From Candidatus Rokuibacteriota bacterium (GTDB taxonomy: Bacteria > Methylomirabilota > Methylomirabilia > Rokubacteriales > CSP1-6): a stretch of 64,000 nt of DNA. The stretch covers positions 32,568 to 96,567 of the forward strand of contig QHSI01000104.1 of assembly GCA_003221515.1 (NCBI GenBank). The letters are read 5' to 3'. The stretch's first letter is position 1. Every line of letters starts with the position of its first letter. A program made the position numbers and the translations under genes. The notes below the pieces were generated by a model that saw nothing but the letters and a program-made list of their open reading frames with translations, made no database searches and was not told the origin of the DNA. Shown here in pieces: positions 21,021 through 31,311 of this stretch.

Positions 21021-21827
21021 GTGAGCGTCGTCGACAACGTTAGCGGCGCCGCGCCGGTCACCTACGAGGCGAAGGACGGCGTCGGCTGGATCACGCTGAA
21101 CCGTCCTGAGGTTCTCAACGCGCTCTCCACCGAGCTGGCCGCCGCGCTCGCCGACTGCGCCGCGACGGCGGCCGCCGACGCCTCCGCCAGCCAGGTCGTC
21201 GTCCGTGGCGCCGGACGCGCGTTCTGCTCGGGCATGGACCGCACGGCGATGTCCGCCGGGTCGATCGGTGACGCGTTCTACCGCCACTGGAACCGGGCGC
21301 TCGACGGCCTGGAGGACATGTCGAAGATCACGCTCGCGGTGCTGCACGGCTACTCGATCGGCGGCGGCCTGCAGCTGGCGCTGGCATGCGATCTCCGCCT
21401 CGCCACCGACGACGCCGTCCTCGGTCTGGGCGCGACGCGCCACGGCCTCGTCCCCGACGGCGCGGTGCTGCGGCTGGCGCGGGTGGTCGGCGTCGGCCGC
21501 GCCAAGGAGCTCGCGCTGCTCAACGACACCCTGAGCCCCGCCGAGGCGCGGGCCATCGGTCTCGTCAACTGGGTGTGCGCGCCGGCCGACCTCGACGCGA
21601 CGCTGGCCGCCGTCGTCGCCAAGGCCCGCGCCGCCTCGCCGACCGCCACCGGCCACACCAAGCGCCTCCTGCACGAGTCGTTTCACCGCGACCCGCGCAC
21701 GCTGCTGGAGGACGTGCTGGCGGCGCAGGACGAGTGCATGTCGTCGTGGGAGATCGACGAGGCCAACCGGGCGTGGCAGGAGAAGCGGGAGGCGCGCTTC
21801 TACCCGCCGCCGCCGGCCCGTCCTTAG
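21021..21827 (+). CDS. Enoyl-CoA hydratase/isomerase (crotonase) family protein
   Basis: 268 aa; 'GAGRAFCSGMD' and 'LHGYSIGGGLQLALACD' crotonase oxyanion-hole motifs; GTG start. Confidence 0.85.
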   Translation: MSVVDNVSGAAPVTYEAKDGVGWITLNRPEVLNALSTELAAALADCAATAAADASASQVVVRGAGRAFCSGMDRTAMSAGSIGDAFYRHWNRALDGLEDMSKITLAVLHGYSIGGGLQLALACDLRLATDDAVLGLGATRHGLVPDGAVLRLARVVGVGRAKELALLNDTLSPAEARAIGLVNWVCAPADLDATLAAVVAKARAASPTATGHTKRLLHESFHRDPRTLLEDVLAAQDECMSSWEIDEANRAWQEKREARFYPPPPARP

Positions 21828-21829
21828 AA

Positions 21830-22577
21830 ATGGCCGACGACGTCATCCTCGAGACGGAGGCGCTGACCAAGGAGTTTCGCGGGTTCGTGGCGGTGAAGGA
21901 CGTGAAGCTCCGTGTCCGCCGCGGCACCATCCACGCGCTGATCGGTCCCAACGGCGCCGGCAAGACGACCTGCTTCAATCTGCTGACGCACTTCCTCACG
22001 CCGACGCGCGGCCGAATCCGGTTCAACGGGCGCGACATCACCGGATCGCGGCCGGCCGACATCGCGCGGCTCGGGCTCGTCCGCTCGTTCCAGATCTCGG
22101 CGGTGTTCCCCCATCTCTCGGTGCTCGAGAACGTGCGCATCGCGCTCCAGCGCGAGCGCGGCGGCTCGTTCGATTTCTGGCGCTCGGCGCGCGCGCTCGA
22201 CCGCCTGAACGGCCGCGCGCTCGAGCTGATCGAGGCGGTCGGCCTCGCCGCGTTCGCGGCGACGCCGGCGGTCGAGCTGCCGTACGGGCGCAAGCGCGCG
22301 CTCGAGATCGCCACCACGCTCGCGCTCGCGCCGCAGATGATGCTGCTCGACGAGCCGACCGCCGGCATGGCCCACGACGACGTCGACCGCATCTCGGCGC
22401 TGATCAAGCGGGTGGCGGCGAACCGCACCGTCCTGATGGTCGAGCACAATCTGCGAGTGGTCGAGAACCTCTCGGACACCATCACGGTGCTGGCGCGCGG
22501 CGAGATTCTCGCCGAGGGCGACTACCGGAGCGTGTCGCGCAACGCGGACGTGATCCAGGCCTACATGGGGTCGGGCC

Positions 22578-22585
<8 letters not shown>
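21830..22585 (+). CDS. Branched-chain amino acid ABC transporter ATP-binding protein (LivG-type)
   Basis: 'GPNGAGKTT', 'LPYGRKRALEIATTLALAPQMMLLDEPTAGM'. Confidence 0.85.
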
Positions 22586-23282
<697 letters not shown>

Positions 23283-23340
23283 TGCCGCCGTACGCGGCCG
23301 CCCTCGAGCGCAGCCGGCGATCGCCAAAGGAGCAGAGCGC

Positions 23341-24555
23341 ATGACCATCGCTCGCATCGCCGCCGCATTCATCGTCGTCTTGAGCCTGGCCGTCGGCCCG
23401 GCGCACGCCCAGATCTCCGATGGCGTCGTCAAGATCGGCGTCCTCAACGATCAGTCGAGCCTCTACGCCGACCTGGCCGGCCAGGGCTCGGTGGTCGCGG
23501 CACGCATGGCCGTCGAGGATTTCGGCGCCGCCGCCAAAGGGCTGAAAGTCGAGATCGTGTTCGCCGACCATCAGAACAAGGCCGATGTCGGCTCGCAGAT
23601 CGCGCGCCAGTGGTACGACGCCGAGAAGGTCGATCTCATCCTCGACGTACCGAACTCGGGCGTGGCGCTGGCCGTCAATCAGATCACCCGCGACAAGGGC
23701 AAGGCGTTCATCGTTTCCTCCGCGGCGTCCTCGGATCTCACCGGCAAGGCGTGCTCGCCCAACACCGTCCACTGGACGTACGACACGTGGGCGCTCGCCA
23801 ACGGCACCGGTAACGCGGTCGTGAAGACCGGCGGCGACACGTGGTTCTTCATCACCGCCGACTACGCGTTCGGCCACGCCCTCGAGCGCGACGTCGAGGC
23901 GGTGGTGCTGAAGAACGGCGGCAAGGTGCTGGGCAAGGTGCGCCACCCGCTCAACACGCAGGACTTCTCGTCGTTCCTCCTCCAGGCCCAGGCTTCGAAG
24001 GCCAAGGTCATCGGGCTGGCCAACGCCGGCGGCGACACGACCAACGCGATCAAGCAGGGCGCCGAGTTCGGCATCGCGAAGGGCGGGCAGATCTTCGCGG
24101 GCCTGCTGGTGTTCCTCACCGACGTGCACGCGCTCGGCCTCGAGAAGGCCCAGGGGCTCACGTTCACCGAGACCTTCTACTGGGACATGAACGAGAAGAC
24201 GCGCGCGTTCGCCAAGCGGTTCGCCGAGCGCAACCGGCAGATCCATCCGACGATGATCCACGCGGGCGCCTACGCGGGCACGCTGCACTACCTGAAGGCC
24301 GTCGAGGCGCTCAAGAGCGACGACGGCGCCAAGGTCATCGCCAAGATGAAAGAGATGCCGACGGACGACCCGCTCTTCGGCAAGGGGACGATTCGTGTCG
24401 ACGGCCGCAAGATTCATCCGGCGTATCTCGTCGAGGTCAAGAAGCCCTCCGAGTCCAAGTACCCGTGGGACTACTACAAGATCCGCGCAACTATCCCCGC
24501 TGAGCAGGCGTTCCGGCCTCTGGATCAGGGGGGCTGTGAGCTCGTGAAGAAGTAG
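23341..24555 (+). CDS. Leu/Ile/Val-binding-protein-family ABC substrate-binding protein (type I periplasmic binding fold)
   Basis: 404 aa; signal 'MTIARIAAAFIVVLSLAVGPAHAQ'; 'VKIGVLNDQSSLYADLAG' LivK/LivJ-like; RBS AAAGGAG. Confidence 0.85.
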   Translation: MTIARIAAAFIVVLSLAVGPAHAQISDGVVKIGVLNDQSSLYADLAGQGSVVAARMAVEDFGAAAKGLKVEIVFADHQNKADVGSQIARQWYDAEKVDLILDVPNSGVALAVNQITRDKGKAFIVSSAASSDLTGKACSPNTVHWTYDTWALANGTGNAVVKTGGDTWFFITADYAFGHALERDVEAVVLKNGGKVLGKVRHPLNTQDFSSFLLQAQASKAKVIGLANAGGDTTNAIKQGAEFGIAKGGQIFAGLLVFLTDVHALGLEKAQGLTFTETFYWDMNEKTRAFAKRFAERNRQIHPTMIHAGAYAGTLHYLKAVEALKSDDGAKVIAKMKEMPTDDPLFGKGTIRVDGRKIHPAYLVEVKKPSESKYPWDYYKIRATIPAEQAFRPLDQGGCELVKK

Positions 24556-24565
24556 GCGCGTTGCG

Positions 24566-24725
24566 GCGGGCCCGGGGGCGGGGGTGCGAGAGGGGTGCGG
24601 CGACCACGAGGCACGCGAGCGCATTGCCCGGTGCGGCTGGGCTCCATCTGGGTGCGGCTCGCACGACGCTCGCTTGGAGGGAACGGGTCGGCGCACCCCT
24701 CTCCCACCCCCACCCCCGGGCCCTC
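24566..24725. mobile_element. MITE-like element family 1, copy 1 (~160 bp, ~29-bp terminal inverted repeats CCCGGGGGCGGGGGTGCGAGAGGGGTGCG / CGCACCCCTCTCCCACCCCCACCCCCGGG)
   Basis: Starts 11 nt after livK-like stop; internal ~90 bp conserved with copies at 45134-45295 and 45426-45594. Confidence 0.5.
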
Positions 24726-24920
24726 ACACAGCGACGCTTCGTCTACGTATTGCCGCACCTGATCCAACCCCGGCTCCGGCTGCATCGGCGCGTGAAATCA
24801 CTGCGCACCGTGCACGAGTCGTCGGACCTACGCGGCATTCGCATCCTTCGCAACGCACGTTTGGGCGCGTCGACGCCATGCCGCTCCCCGCACCGGGGAT
24901 GAACGGGCGGATCGGAGCCA

Positions 24921-25114
24921 CGGCGCGTCGAGCGCGCGGGTTGTGCGGGCGGGTCGGCGCCGGCGCGCGATCGCCGCGTGGGTTGGCCGGGCGGGTCGGC
25001 GCCGGCGCGCAATCGCCGCGTGGGATGGCCGGGCGGGTCGGCGCCGGCGCGCAATCGCCGCGTGGGATGGCCGGGCGGGTCGGCGCCGGCTGGCAATCGG
25101 CGCGCGGGTTGTAC
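24921..25114 (+). repeat. Minisatellite: ~4.6 tandem copies of a 42-bp unit (GGGCGGGTCGGCGCCGGCGCGCAATCGCCGCGTGGGATGGCC) fused to repeat core C
   Basis: Units at 24947, 24989, 25031, 25073 (42 nt each, few substitutions), partial unit before; contiguous, no unique spacers. Confidence 0.8.
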
Positions 25115-25190
25115 GGGCGTGTCGGAGCCGGCTCGCATCTACAGCAGGCCACCCTCGGCATGAGCCGTTCTCAAGCTCCTATACAATGAC
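25115..25190 (+). repeat. Copy C of dispersed ~65-bp repeat core, ending at/overlapping the livH start codon
   Basis: GGGCGTGTCGGAGCCGGCTCGCATCTACAGCAGGCCACCCTCGGCATGAGCCGTTCTCAAGCTCCTATACAATG. Confidence 0.6.
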
Positions 25191-26052
25191 GCAGGCGTTG
25201 TTCGGGCAGCTGCTGATCGGGCTGATCAACGGCTCGTTCTACGCGATGCTGAGCCTCGGGCTGTCGGTCATCTTCGGGTTGCTCAACATCATCAACTTCA
25301 CGCACGGCGCCCAGTACATGATGGGCGCGTTCGTCGCCTACTTCCTGTTGAACTGGGCCGGGCTCGGCTACTGGTGGGCGCTGCTCATCGCGCCGGTCGT
25401 GGTAGGGATCACCGGGGTCGTGCTCGAGCGCACGACGCTCAAGCGGCTCTACCAGCTCGATCACCTGTACGGCCTGCTGCTCACGTTCGGCTTCGCGCTG
25501 ATCATCCAGGGCCTGTTCCGGCACGAGTACGGCTCATCGGGCTTGCCCTACGCGATGCCCGCGCAGCTCGGCGGAGGCCGCAACCTCGGGTTCATGTTCC
25601 TGCCCAACTACCGGGCGTGGGTCATCGTATTCTCGCTCGCGGTGTGCCTGGCGACCTGGTACGTGATCGAGCGCACGCGCCTGGGCGCGTACCTGCGCGC
25701 CGCGACCGAGAATCCGTCGCTGGTGCAGGCGTTCGGGATCAACGTGCCCCGGATGATCACGCTGACCTACGGGTTCGGCGTCGGCCTCGCGGCCCTGGCC
25801 GGCGTGCTGGCGGCGCCGATCTACCAGGTGAACCCGCTCATGGGCGCCGATCTGATCATCGTCGTCTTCGCGGTGGTCGTCATCGGTGGGCTGGGCTCGA
25901 TCTTGGGCTCGATCGTCACGGGCTTCGCGCTCGGGGTGGTCGAGGGCTTCACCAAGGTCTTCTATCCGGAGGCGTCCAACACGGTGATCTTCGTCATCAT
26001 GGCGCTCGTGCTGCTGGTGCGGCCCGCCGGCCTCTTCGGGCGAGCCACGTGA
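25186..26052 (+). CDS. Branched-chain amino acid ABC transporter permease (LivH-type)
   Basis: 289 aa; 'MTQALFGQLLIGLINGSFYAMLSLGLSVIFG' canonical LivH N-terminus; no SD, start codon embedded in repeat core C. Confidence 0.85.
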   Translation: MTQALFGQLLIGLINGSFYAMLSLGLSVIFGLLNIINFTHGAQYMMGAFVAYFLLNWAGLGYWWALLIAPVVVGITGVVLERTTLKRLYQLDHLYGLLLTFGFALIIQGLFRHEYGSSGLPYAMPAQLGGGRNLGFMFLPNYRAWVIVFSLAVCLATWYVIERTRLGAYLRAATENPSLVQAFGINVPRMITLTYGFGVGLAALAGVLAAPIYQVNPLMGADLIIVVFAVVVIGGLGSILGSIVTGFALGVVEGFTKVFYPEASNTVIFVIMALVLLVRPAGLFGRAT

Positions 26053-27029
26053 CCACGGCTGCCGACGCCCCCGCCGCGGCCGTCGGCATCGGGGCGGTGA
26101 CACCCGTGCCCGCGCATCAGATCGTCGTCTTCGGCGTAATGGTGGCGGCGCTGGCGGCGGCGCCGTTCTTCGTGTACCCGGTGTTCCTCATGAAGGCGCT
26201 CTGCTTCGCGCTCTTCGCGTGCGCCTTCAACCTCCTGATCGGCTACGTCGGGCTCCTGTCCTTCGGTCACGCCGCTTTCCTGGGCGCGGCCGGCTATGGC
26301 GCGGCCCACTCGGCGAAGGCGTGGGGCTTCCCGCCGGAGCTCGCGATCCTCTTCGGCACGGCCGTCGCGACGGGCCTCGGGGTGGTCATCGGCGCCCTGG
26401 CGATCCGCAGCAAGGGCATCTACTTCGCGAACATCACGCTGGCCTTCGCCCAGATGGCGTACTTCTTCAGCCTGCAGGCCAAGTTCACGGGCGGTGAGGA
26501 CGGCATCCAGTCGGTGCCGCGCGGCACGTTCTTGAGCGTGCTCGATCTCCGGCAGACGCTGACCCTCTACTTCGTCGTGCTCGCGATCTTCCTGGGCGGC
26601 TTCCTCCTGATCTACCGGGCGATCCATTCGCCGTTCGGTCAGGTGTTGAAGGCGATCCGCGAGAACGAGCCGCGCGCGATCTCGCTCGGCTACCGCGCCG
26701 AGCGATACAAGCTCGTCGCATTCGTGCTCTCCGCGACGTTCTCGGGGCTGGCCGGCGCCACGAAGGCTCTCGTCTTCCAGCTGGCGTCCCTCACCGACGT
26801 CCACTGGACGATGTCCGGCGAGGTCGTGCTGATGACGCTGCTGGGCGGCCTCGGCACCGTGTTCGGTCCCGTGGTCGGCGCGGTCATCGTGGTGACGCTC
26901 GAGAACTATCTGGCGCAGCTGGGCGCGTGGGTCACGGTGGTGCAGGGCGCGATCTTCGTGATCTGCGTGCTGACGTTCCGCCGCGGCGTGATCGGCGAGC
27001 TCGGCCACCGCTTCAAGAAATCGCTCTAG
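26049..27029 (+). CDS. Branched-chain amino acid ABC transporter permease (LivM-type)
   Basis: 326 aa; GTG start overlapping livH stop; 'LLIGYVGLLSFGHAAFLGAAGY'. Confidence 0.85.
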   Translation: MTTAADAPAAAVGIGAVTPVPAHQIVVFGVMVAALAAAPFFVYPVFLMKALCFALFACAFNLLIGYVGLLSFGHAAFLGAAGYGAAHSAKAWGFPPELAILFGTAVATGLGVVIGALAIRSKGIYFANITLAFAQMAYFFSLQAKFTGGEDGIQSVPRGTFLSVLDLRQTLTLYFVVLAIFLGGFLLIYRAIHSPFGQVLKAIRENEPRAISLGYRAERYKLVAFVLSATFSGLAGATKALVFQLASLTDVHWTMSGEVVLMTLLGGLGTVFGPVVGAVIVVTLENYLAQLGAWVTVVQGAIFVICVLTFRRGVIGELGHRFKKSL

Positions 27030-27044
27030 CCGGTCGGAGGTCCC

Positions 27045-27827
27045 ATGGCCTACACGGACATCCTCTACGAGAAAAAGAACGGGGTCGCGTGGATCACGAT
27101 CAACCGTCCCGAGGTGCGCAACGCCTTCCGCACGATCACGGTGGCAGAGCTGACCGACGCGTTCCTGGACGCGCGCTGGGATCCCGCCGTCGGGGTGGCC
27201 GTGCTCACCGGCGCCGGTGACAAGGCCTTCTGTTCCGGCGGCGACCAGAAGGAGCGGGGCGAGGGGGGCTACGCGCCCGGCGCTCGTCCCATGGACGTCG
27301 AGGCGTTGCACAGCGCGATCCGCCACATCCCGAAGCCGGTCATCGCGATGGTCAACGGTTTCGCGATCGGGGGAGGCCACGTGCTGCACGTGCTCTGCGA
27401 CCTCTCGATCGCCTCCGAGAACGCGATCTTCGGCCAGACCGGCCCTCGTGTGGGCAGCGTCGACGCCGGCCACGGTACGGGGTTCCTGGCACGGGTCGTG
27501 GGCGAGAAGAAGGCGCGCGAGATCTGGTACCTCTGCCGGCAGTACTCGGCGGCGGACGCTCTCGCGATGGGGCTCGTGAACAAGGTCGTGCCGTTGAAGG
27601 ACCTGCGGGCGGAGGTCGAGAAGTGGTGCGCCGAGCTCCTCGAAAAGAGCCCGACGGCGCTCGCGCTCGCCAAGCAGTCGTTCAACATCGACTCCGAGCC
27701 GCGCGCCGGCGTGGCGCAGTTCGCTCACACGGCGCTCGGGCTCTACTACCAGACGGCGGAAGCGATGGAGGGCCGCAACGCGTTCGTGGAAAAACGGCCC
27801 GTCGACTTCAAGAGATTCCGGAAGTGA
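27045..27827 (+). CDS. MenB/BadI-subfamily crotonase (1,4-dihydroxy-2-naphthoyl-CoA synthase / 2-ketocyclohexanecarboxyl-CoA hydrolase-like)
   Basis: 260 aa; '[16 protein letters not shown]' and '[22 protein letters not shown]' match the MenB-type active-site segments. Confidence 0.75.
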   Translation: MAYTDILYEKKNGVAWITINRPEVRNAFRTITVAELTDAFLDARWDPAVGVAVLTGAGDKAFCSGGDQKERGEGGYAPGARPMDVEALHSAIRHIPKPVIAMVNGFAIGGGHVLHVLCDLSIASENAIFGQTGPRVGSVDAGHGTGFLARVVGEKKAREIWYLCRQYSAADALAMGLVNKVVPLKDLRAEVEKWCAELLEKSPTALALAKQSFNIDSEPRAGVAQFAHTALGLYYQTAEAMEGRNAFVEKRPVDFKRFRK

Positions 27828-27963
27828 CAAGCGGCCCCGCGATGACAAGCCGGCGTCGGCGAGGTGACCCCGGAGCCGGCCGCCGAAGACCGATTTCGCA
27901 GACCTTTCGTAGGCTTCACGGCCAGCGGATCCTGGCAGCGCCCTCGCCTATCACGAGTGGTAT

Positions 27964-28198
27964 GGCAACTCGTCTCGGCTCGCTCTTCGTCACGCTCACC
28001 CTCGGGCTGACCGTGGCCGGCGCTACCGGCCAAACGATCCTGATGCCCGCGGCGCCGGTGCTGGTGCCCGCCGTGCTCGGCGACGGTACCGGCGAGCTGA
28101 TCAGGGTGTTCGAGGAAGGCAAGGACGCCGCCGAGAAGGTGGATCCGCCGGAGATCAGCCTCGGCCCCGCCTTCGAGCCGCCACCAGAATACCGATAG
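27964..28198 (+). CDS. Small hypothetical secreted protein (78 aa, signal peptide MATRLGSLFVTLTLGLTVAGATG)
   Basis: Genome-typical codon usage; weak RBS; no family recognised. Confidence 0.3.
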
Positions 28199-28226
28199 CT
28201 CCTCGCTCGATGTAAACTGCGGCCCG

Positions 28227-28407
28227 GGCGTCACGACCTTCATGGTGATGGCCTACATCATCTTCGTGAACCCCGTGATCCTCGGGTTCACCGGCGTTCC
28301 CCTCGCGCTCGCGGCCGGCATGGGGCTCAACGCGGTCGTCGCCTTCGAGCCAACGCCGCCTTCGTCGTCTACTTCTGCCTGCCCCTGATCGAGACCGCAC
28401 TGAAGTA
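28227..28407 (+). pseudogene. Decayed remnant of an AzgA/PbuG-type (NCS2) purine permease gene
   Basis: Fragments translate to 'GVTTFMVMAYIIFVNPVILG...AAGMGLNAVVAFE' (hallmark N-terminal TM1/TM2 motifs of AzgA-family permeases) then frameshift to '...AFVVYFCLPLIETALK*'; about 400 codons missing. Confidence 0.4.
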
Positions 28408-28465
28408 ACCGCCGGCGGCCCGCTCCCCGGCGCTTCGTAAGTCCTTGTCATTCCGGTCTGATTTC

Positions 28466-28500
28466 TTGACAGTCCTGGAGGGCTTGGCTAGACTCGGGCC
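28466..28500 (+). promoter_or_regulatory. sigma70-like promoter TTGACA-17 bp-TAGACT upstream of the first acyl-CoA ligase / ABC cassette
   Basis: Perfect -35 hexamer with 17-bp spacer and 4/6 -10 in a 70% GC background; followed by GGAGG RBS (28544) and TTG 28553. Confidence 0.4.
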
Positions 28501-28552
28501 GCTCGACCCTGCCCTCCTCACGTGGCAGCACTCGGAGCATCGCGGAGGCGAT

Positions 28553-30526
28553 TTGAACGCACCGGCGCGGCGCAGCGACGCTCACGGGCTCGACGACGGG
28601 CTCGACACCTTTCCCAAGCTCGTCCGGCTCAACGCCCGCCGCCGTCCCGACAAGATCGCGATCCGAGAGAAGGACCTGGGGATCTGGCAGTCGTACACGT
28701 GGTCCGCGTACTTCGAGCAGGCCCGCCTCATCGCGCAGGGCCTCGCCTCGCTCGGGTTCGCGCGCGGCGACCGGGTCGCCATCATCGGCGACAACCGACC
28801 GCAGCTCTACTGGGCGGTCATGGCGACCCAGGCTCTGGGCGGCGTCCCGGTACCCATCTACCAGGACTCCATCGAGAAGGAGGTCGAGTTCGTCATCGAT
28901 CACGCCGAGGCCCGGTTCGCCGTCGTCGAGGACCAGGAGCAGGTCGACAAGCTCCTCAACGTGAAGGCGCGATGTCCGCGCCTTCAGCACGTCGTCTACG
29001 ACGATCCACGCGGGATGCGCCGCTACGGCGATCCGTGCCTGATGAGCCTCGCCGAGCTGCAGGAGCTCGGGAAGAAGTTCGAGGCCGGCCATCCGAATCA
29101 CTTCGACGACGAGATGGCCCGAGGCGGCGCGGACGACGTCGCCATCATCTGCTACACCTCGGGGACGACCGGCACGCCGAAGGGCGCGATGCTGTCCCAT
29201 CGGAACTTGATCGTGACCGCGCGCAACGCGGCGCGCTTCGAGGGTCTCGGAGCGGACGAGGAGATCCTCTCGTACCTGCCGATGGCCTGGGTCGGCGACC
29301 ACATCTTCTCGTACGCGCAGGCCATCATCACCGGGTTCGCCATCAACTGCCCGGAGAGCGCGGCGACCGTCCTGCACGACCTCAAGGAGATCGCCCCGAC
29401 CTATTTCTTCGGCCCGCCGCGCATCTGGGAGAGCATCCTCACCAGTGTCATGGTCCGCGTCGAGGACGCGCTATGGGTCAAGCGCGCGACGGTGCAGCTG
29501 TTCCTGCGCCTCGCGCAGGACATCGAGCGCCGGCGGCTCGGCCGGCAGCCGGTCGCGCTCTGGCAGCGTCTGCTCTATCCGCTGGGGAACCTCCTCGTGT
29601 ACGGCCCGCTCAAGGACAACCTCGGCCTTCGACGCGTGCGCCGGGCCTACACCGCCGGCGAGGCGATCGGCCCCGAGATCTTTCTCTTCTTCCGCGGGCT
29701 GGGGGTCAACGTCAAGCAGCTCTACGGCATGACCGAGGCCAGCGTGTTCGTCACGATCCAGCGCGACGGCGACGTCCGCCTCGACACCGTCGGGACCCCG
29801 ATCACCGACGTGGAGATCCGACTCTCGGAGCAGGGCGAGGTGCTCTTCAGGAGCCCGGGAGTCTTTCTCGGGTACGCCAAGAATCCCGAGGCCACGCGCG
29901 AGACCCTCGAGGACGGCTGGATCCATTCCGGGGACGCCGGCTTCCTCGGCCAGGACGGACACCTGAAGATCATCGACCGGGCCCGGGACGTGGGCCGCCT
30001 GGCCGACGGCACGCTGTTCGCGCCGAAGTTTCTCGAGAACAAGCTCAAGTTTTCCCCCTACGTCCGGGAGGCCGTGTGCGTCGGCCAGACGCGGCCCTGG
30101 GTGACCGCGCTCGTCAACATCGATCTGGCGGCGGTCGGGAACTGGGCGGAGCGCCGGAACATCGCCTACACGAGCTACACCGACCTGGCCCAGAAGCCGG
30201 AAGTCTACGAGCTGATCCAGCGTGAAGTGGAGCGGGTGAACCGGAGCCTCGCCGAGGACCAGGCGCTGCGAGGAGCCCAGGTCAGGCGCTTCCTGATCCT
30301 TCACAAGGAGCTGGATCCGGACGACGAGGAGATCACACGGACGCGGAAGATCCGGCGCGGGTACATCGGGCAAAAATACGCGCCGCTCATCGAAGCCCTC
30401 TACTCCGACCGGGACCACGTCCCGGTCGAGGCGAAGGTGACGTACGAGGACGGGCGCGCCGGCACGATGCGCGCGGACGTGAAGATCCGTGACGCGTCGG
30501 TCTTCGCCGTGCCGGAGGCGCGGTGA
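28553..30526 (+). CDS. AMP-dependent acyl-CoA synthetase/ligase (long-chain-fatty-acid--CoA ligase-like, transporter-associated type)
   Basis: ~657 aa from proposed TTG start (ORF track extends to 28445 without a credible start); AMP-binding motif 'ICYTSGTTGTPKGAML', 'YGMTE', 'GWIHSGDAGF'. Confidence 0.85.
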   Translation: MNAPARRSDAHGLDDGLDTFPKLVRLNARRRPDKIAIREKDLGIWQSYTWSAYFEQARLIAQGLASLGFARGDRVAIIGDNRPQLYWAVMATQALGGVPVPIYQDSIEKEVEFVIDHAEARFAVVEDQEQVDKLLNVKARCPRLQHVVYDDPRGMRRYGDPCLMSLAELQELGKKFEAGHPNHFDDEMARGGADDVAIICYTSGTTGTPKGAMLSHRNLIVTARNAARFEGLGADEEILSYLPMAWVGDHIFSYAQAIITGFAINCPESAATVLHDLKEIAPTYFFGPPRIWESILTSVMVRVEDALWVKRATVQLFLRLAQDIERRRLGRQPVALWQRLLYPLGNLLVYGPLKDNLGLRRVRRAYTAGEAIGPEIFLFFRGLGVNVKQLYGMTEASVFVTIQRDGDVRLDTVGTPITDVEIRLSEQGEVLFRSPGVFLGYAKNPEATRETLEDGWIHSGDAGFLGQDGHLKIIDRARDVGRLADGTLFAPKFLENKLKFSPYVREAVCVGQTRPWVTALVNIDLAAVGNWAERRNIAYTSYTDLAQKPEVYELIQREVERVNRSLAEDQALRGAQVRRFLILHKELDPDDEEITRTRKIRRGYIGQKYAPLIEALYSDRDHVPVEAKVTYEDGRAGTMRADVKIRDASVFAVPEAR

Positions 30527-31311
30527 GCCAGCCCGCGCCGGCGCGGCCGCTGCTCGAGGTCGACGGCGTCAGCGTGCGGTTCGGCGCCCTCGTCGCGGTC
30601 AACCGGGTGAGCCTGGCGATCGCTCCGGGGGAAATTCTGGCGATCATCGGGCCCAACGGCGCCGGCAAGACGACGCTGCTCAACGCCATCAGCGGGTTCT
30701 ACCATCCGTACGAGGGACGGATCGCGTTCGACTCCACCGACCGAACGATGCTGAGTCCCCCGGATGTCGCCGCGCTCGGCATCGCCCGGACCTTCCAGAA
30801 CGTCGCCCTCTTCAAGGGCATGACCGTGCTCGACAACATCATGACCGGTCGCCTGCTGAAGATGCGGGGGAACTTCCTGCTGGAAGCGCTCTACTGGGGC
30901 CCAGCCCGGCGCCAGGAGCTGGAGCATCGCGCCTTCGTGGAGCGCATCATCGACTTTCTCGAGATCCAGGCGATCCGCAAGACACCGGCGGGCCGGCTGC
31001 CGTACGGGCTGCAGAAACGGGTCGAGCTCGCCCGGGCGCTCGCCGCCGAGCCCAAGCTCCTGCTGCTCGACGAGCCGATGGCGGGGATGAACGTCGAGGA
31101 GAAGGAGGACATGTGCCGCTTCGTCCTCGACACCAACCAGGAGTTCGGCACGACCATCGCGCTGATCGAGCACGACATGGGCGTGGTCATGGACATCTCC
31201 GACCGGGTGGTGGTCCTCGACTACGGGCGCAAGATCGCTGACGGCGCGCCGGAGCACATCCGGAAGGACCAGGCGGTCCTCGACGCGTACCTGGGCGTGG
31301 CCCATGACTGA
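30523..31311 (+). CDS. LivG-type ABC ATP-binding protein (cassette 1)
   Basis: 'GPNGAGKTTLL', 'LPYGLQKRVELARALAAEPKLLLLDEPMAGM'. Confidence 0.85.
   Translation: MSQPAPARPLLEVDGVSVRFGALVAVNRVSLAIAPGEILAIIGPNGAGKTTLLNAISGFYHPYEGRIAFDSTDRTMLSPPDVAALGIARTFQNVALFKGMTVLDNIMTGRLLKMRGNFLLEALYWGPARRQELEHRAFVERIIDFLEIQAIRKTPAGRLPYGLQKRVELARALAAEPKLLLLDEPMAGMNVEEKEDMCRFVLDTNQEFGTTIALIEHDMGVVMDISDRVVVLDYGRKIADGAPEHIRKDQAVLDAYLGVAHD

Noticed and set aside
24921-25114. Possible CRISPR array (also 55711-55924)
   Set aside because: The repeat units are directly contiguous with no unique spacers, the supposed 'spacers' are themselves repeated, and no cas genes are nearby. These are minisatellites attached to the repeat core.
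24584-25189. 201-aa and 145-aa ORFs across the livK-livH spacer
   Set aside because: Composed entirely of MITE and minisatellite sequence; periodic Arg-Ala-Gly repeats reflect the 42-bp unit, not a protein.
28445-28552. N-terminal 36 codons of the ORF-track ligase ORF
   Set aside because: They contain the TTGACA-N17-TAGACT promoter and have no start codon; the gene more plausibly starts at TTG 28553 behind GGAGG.
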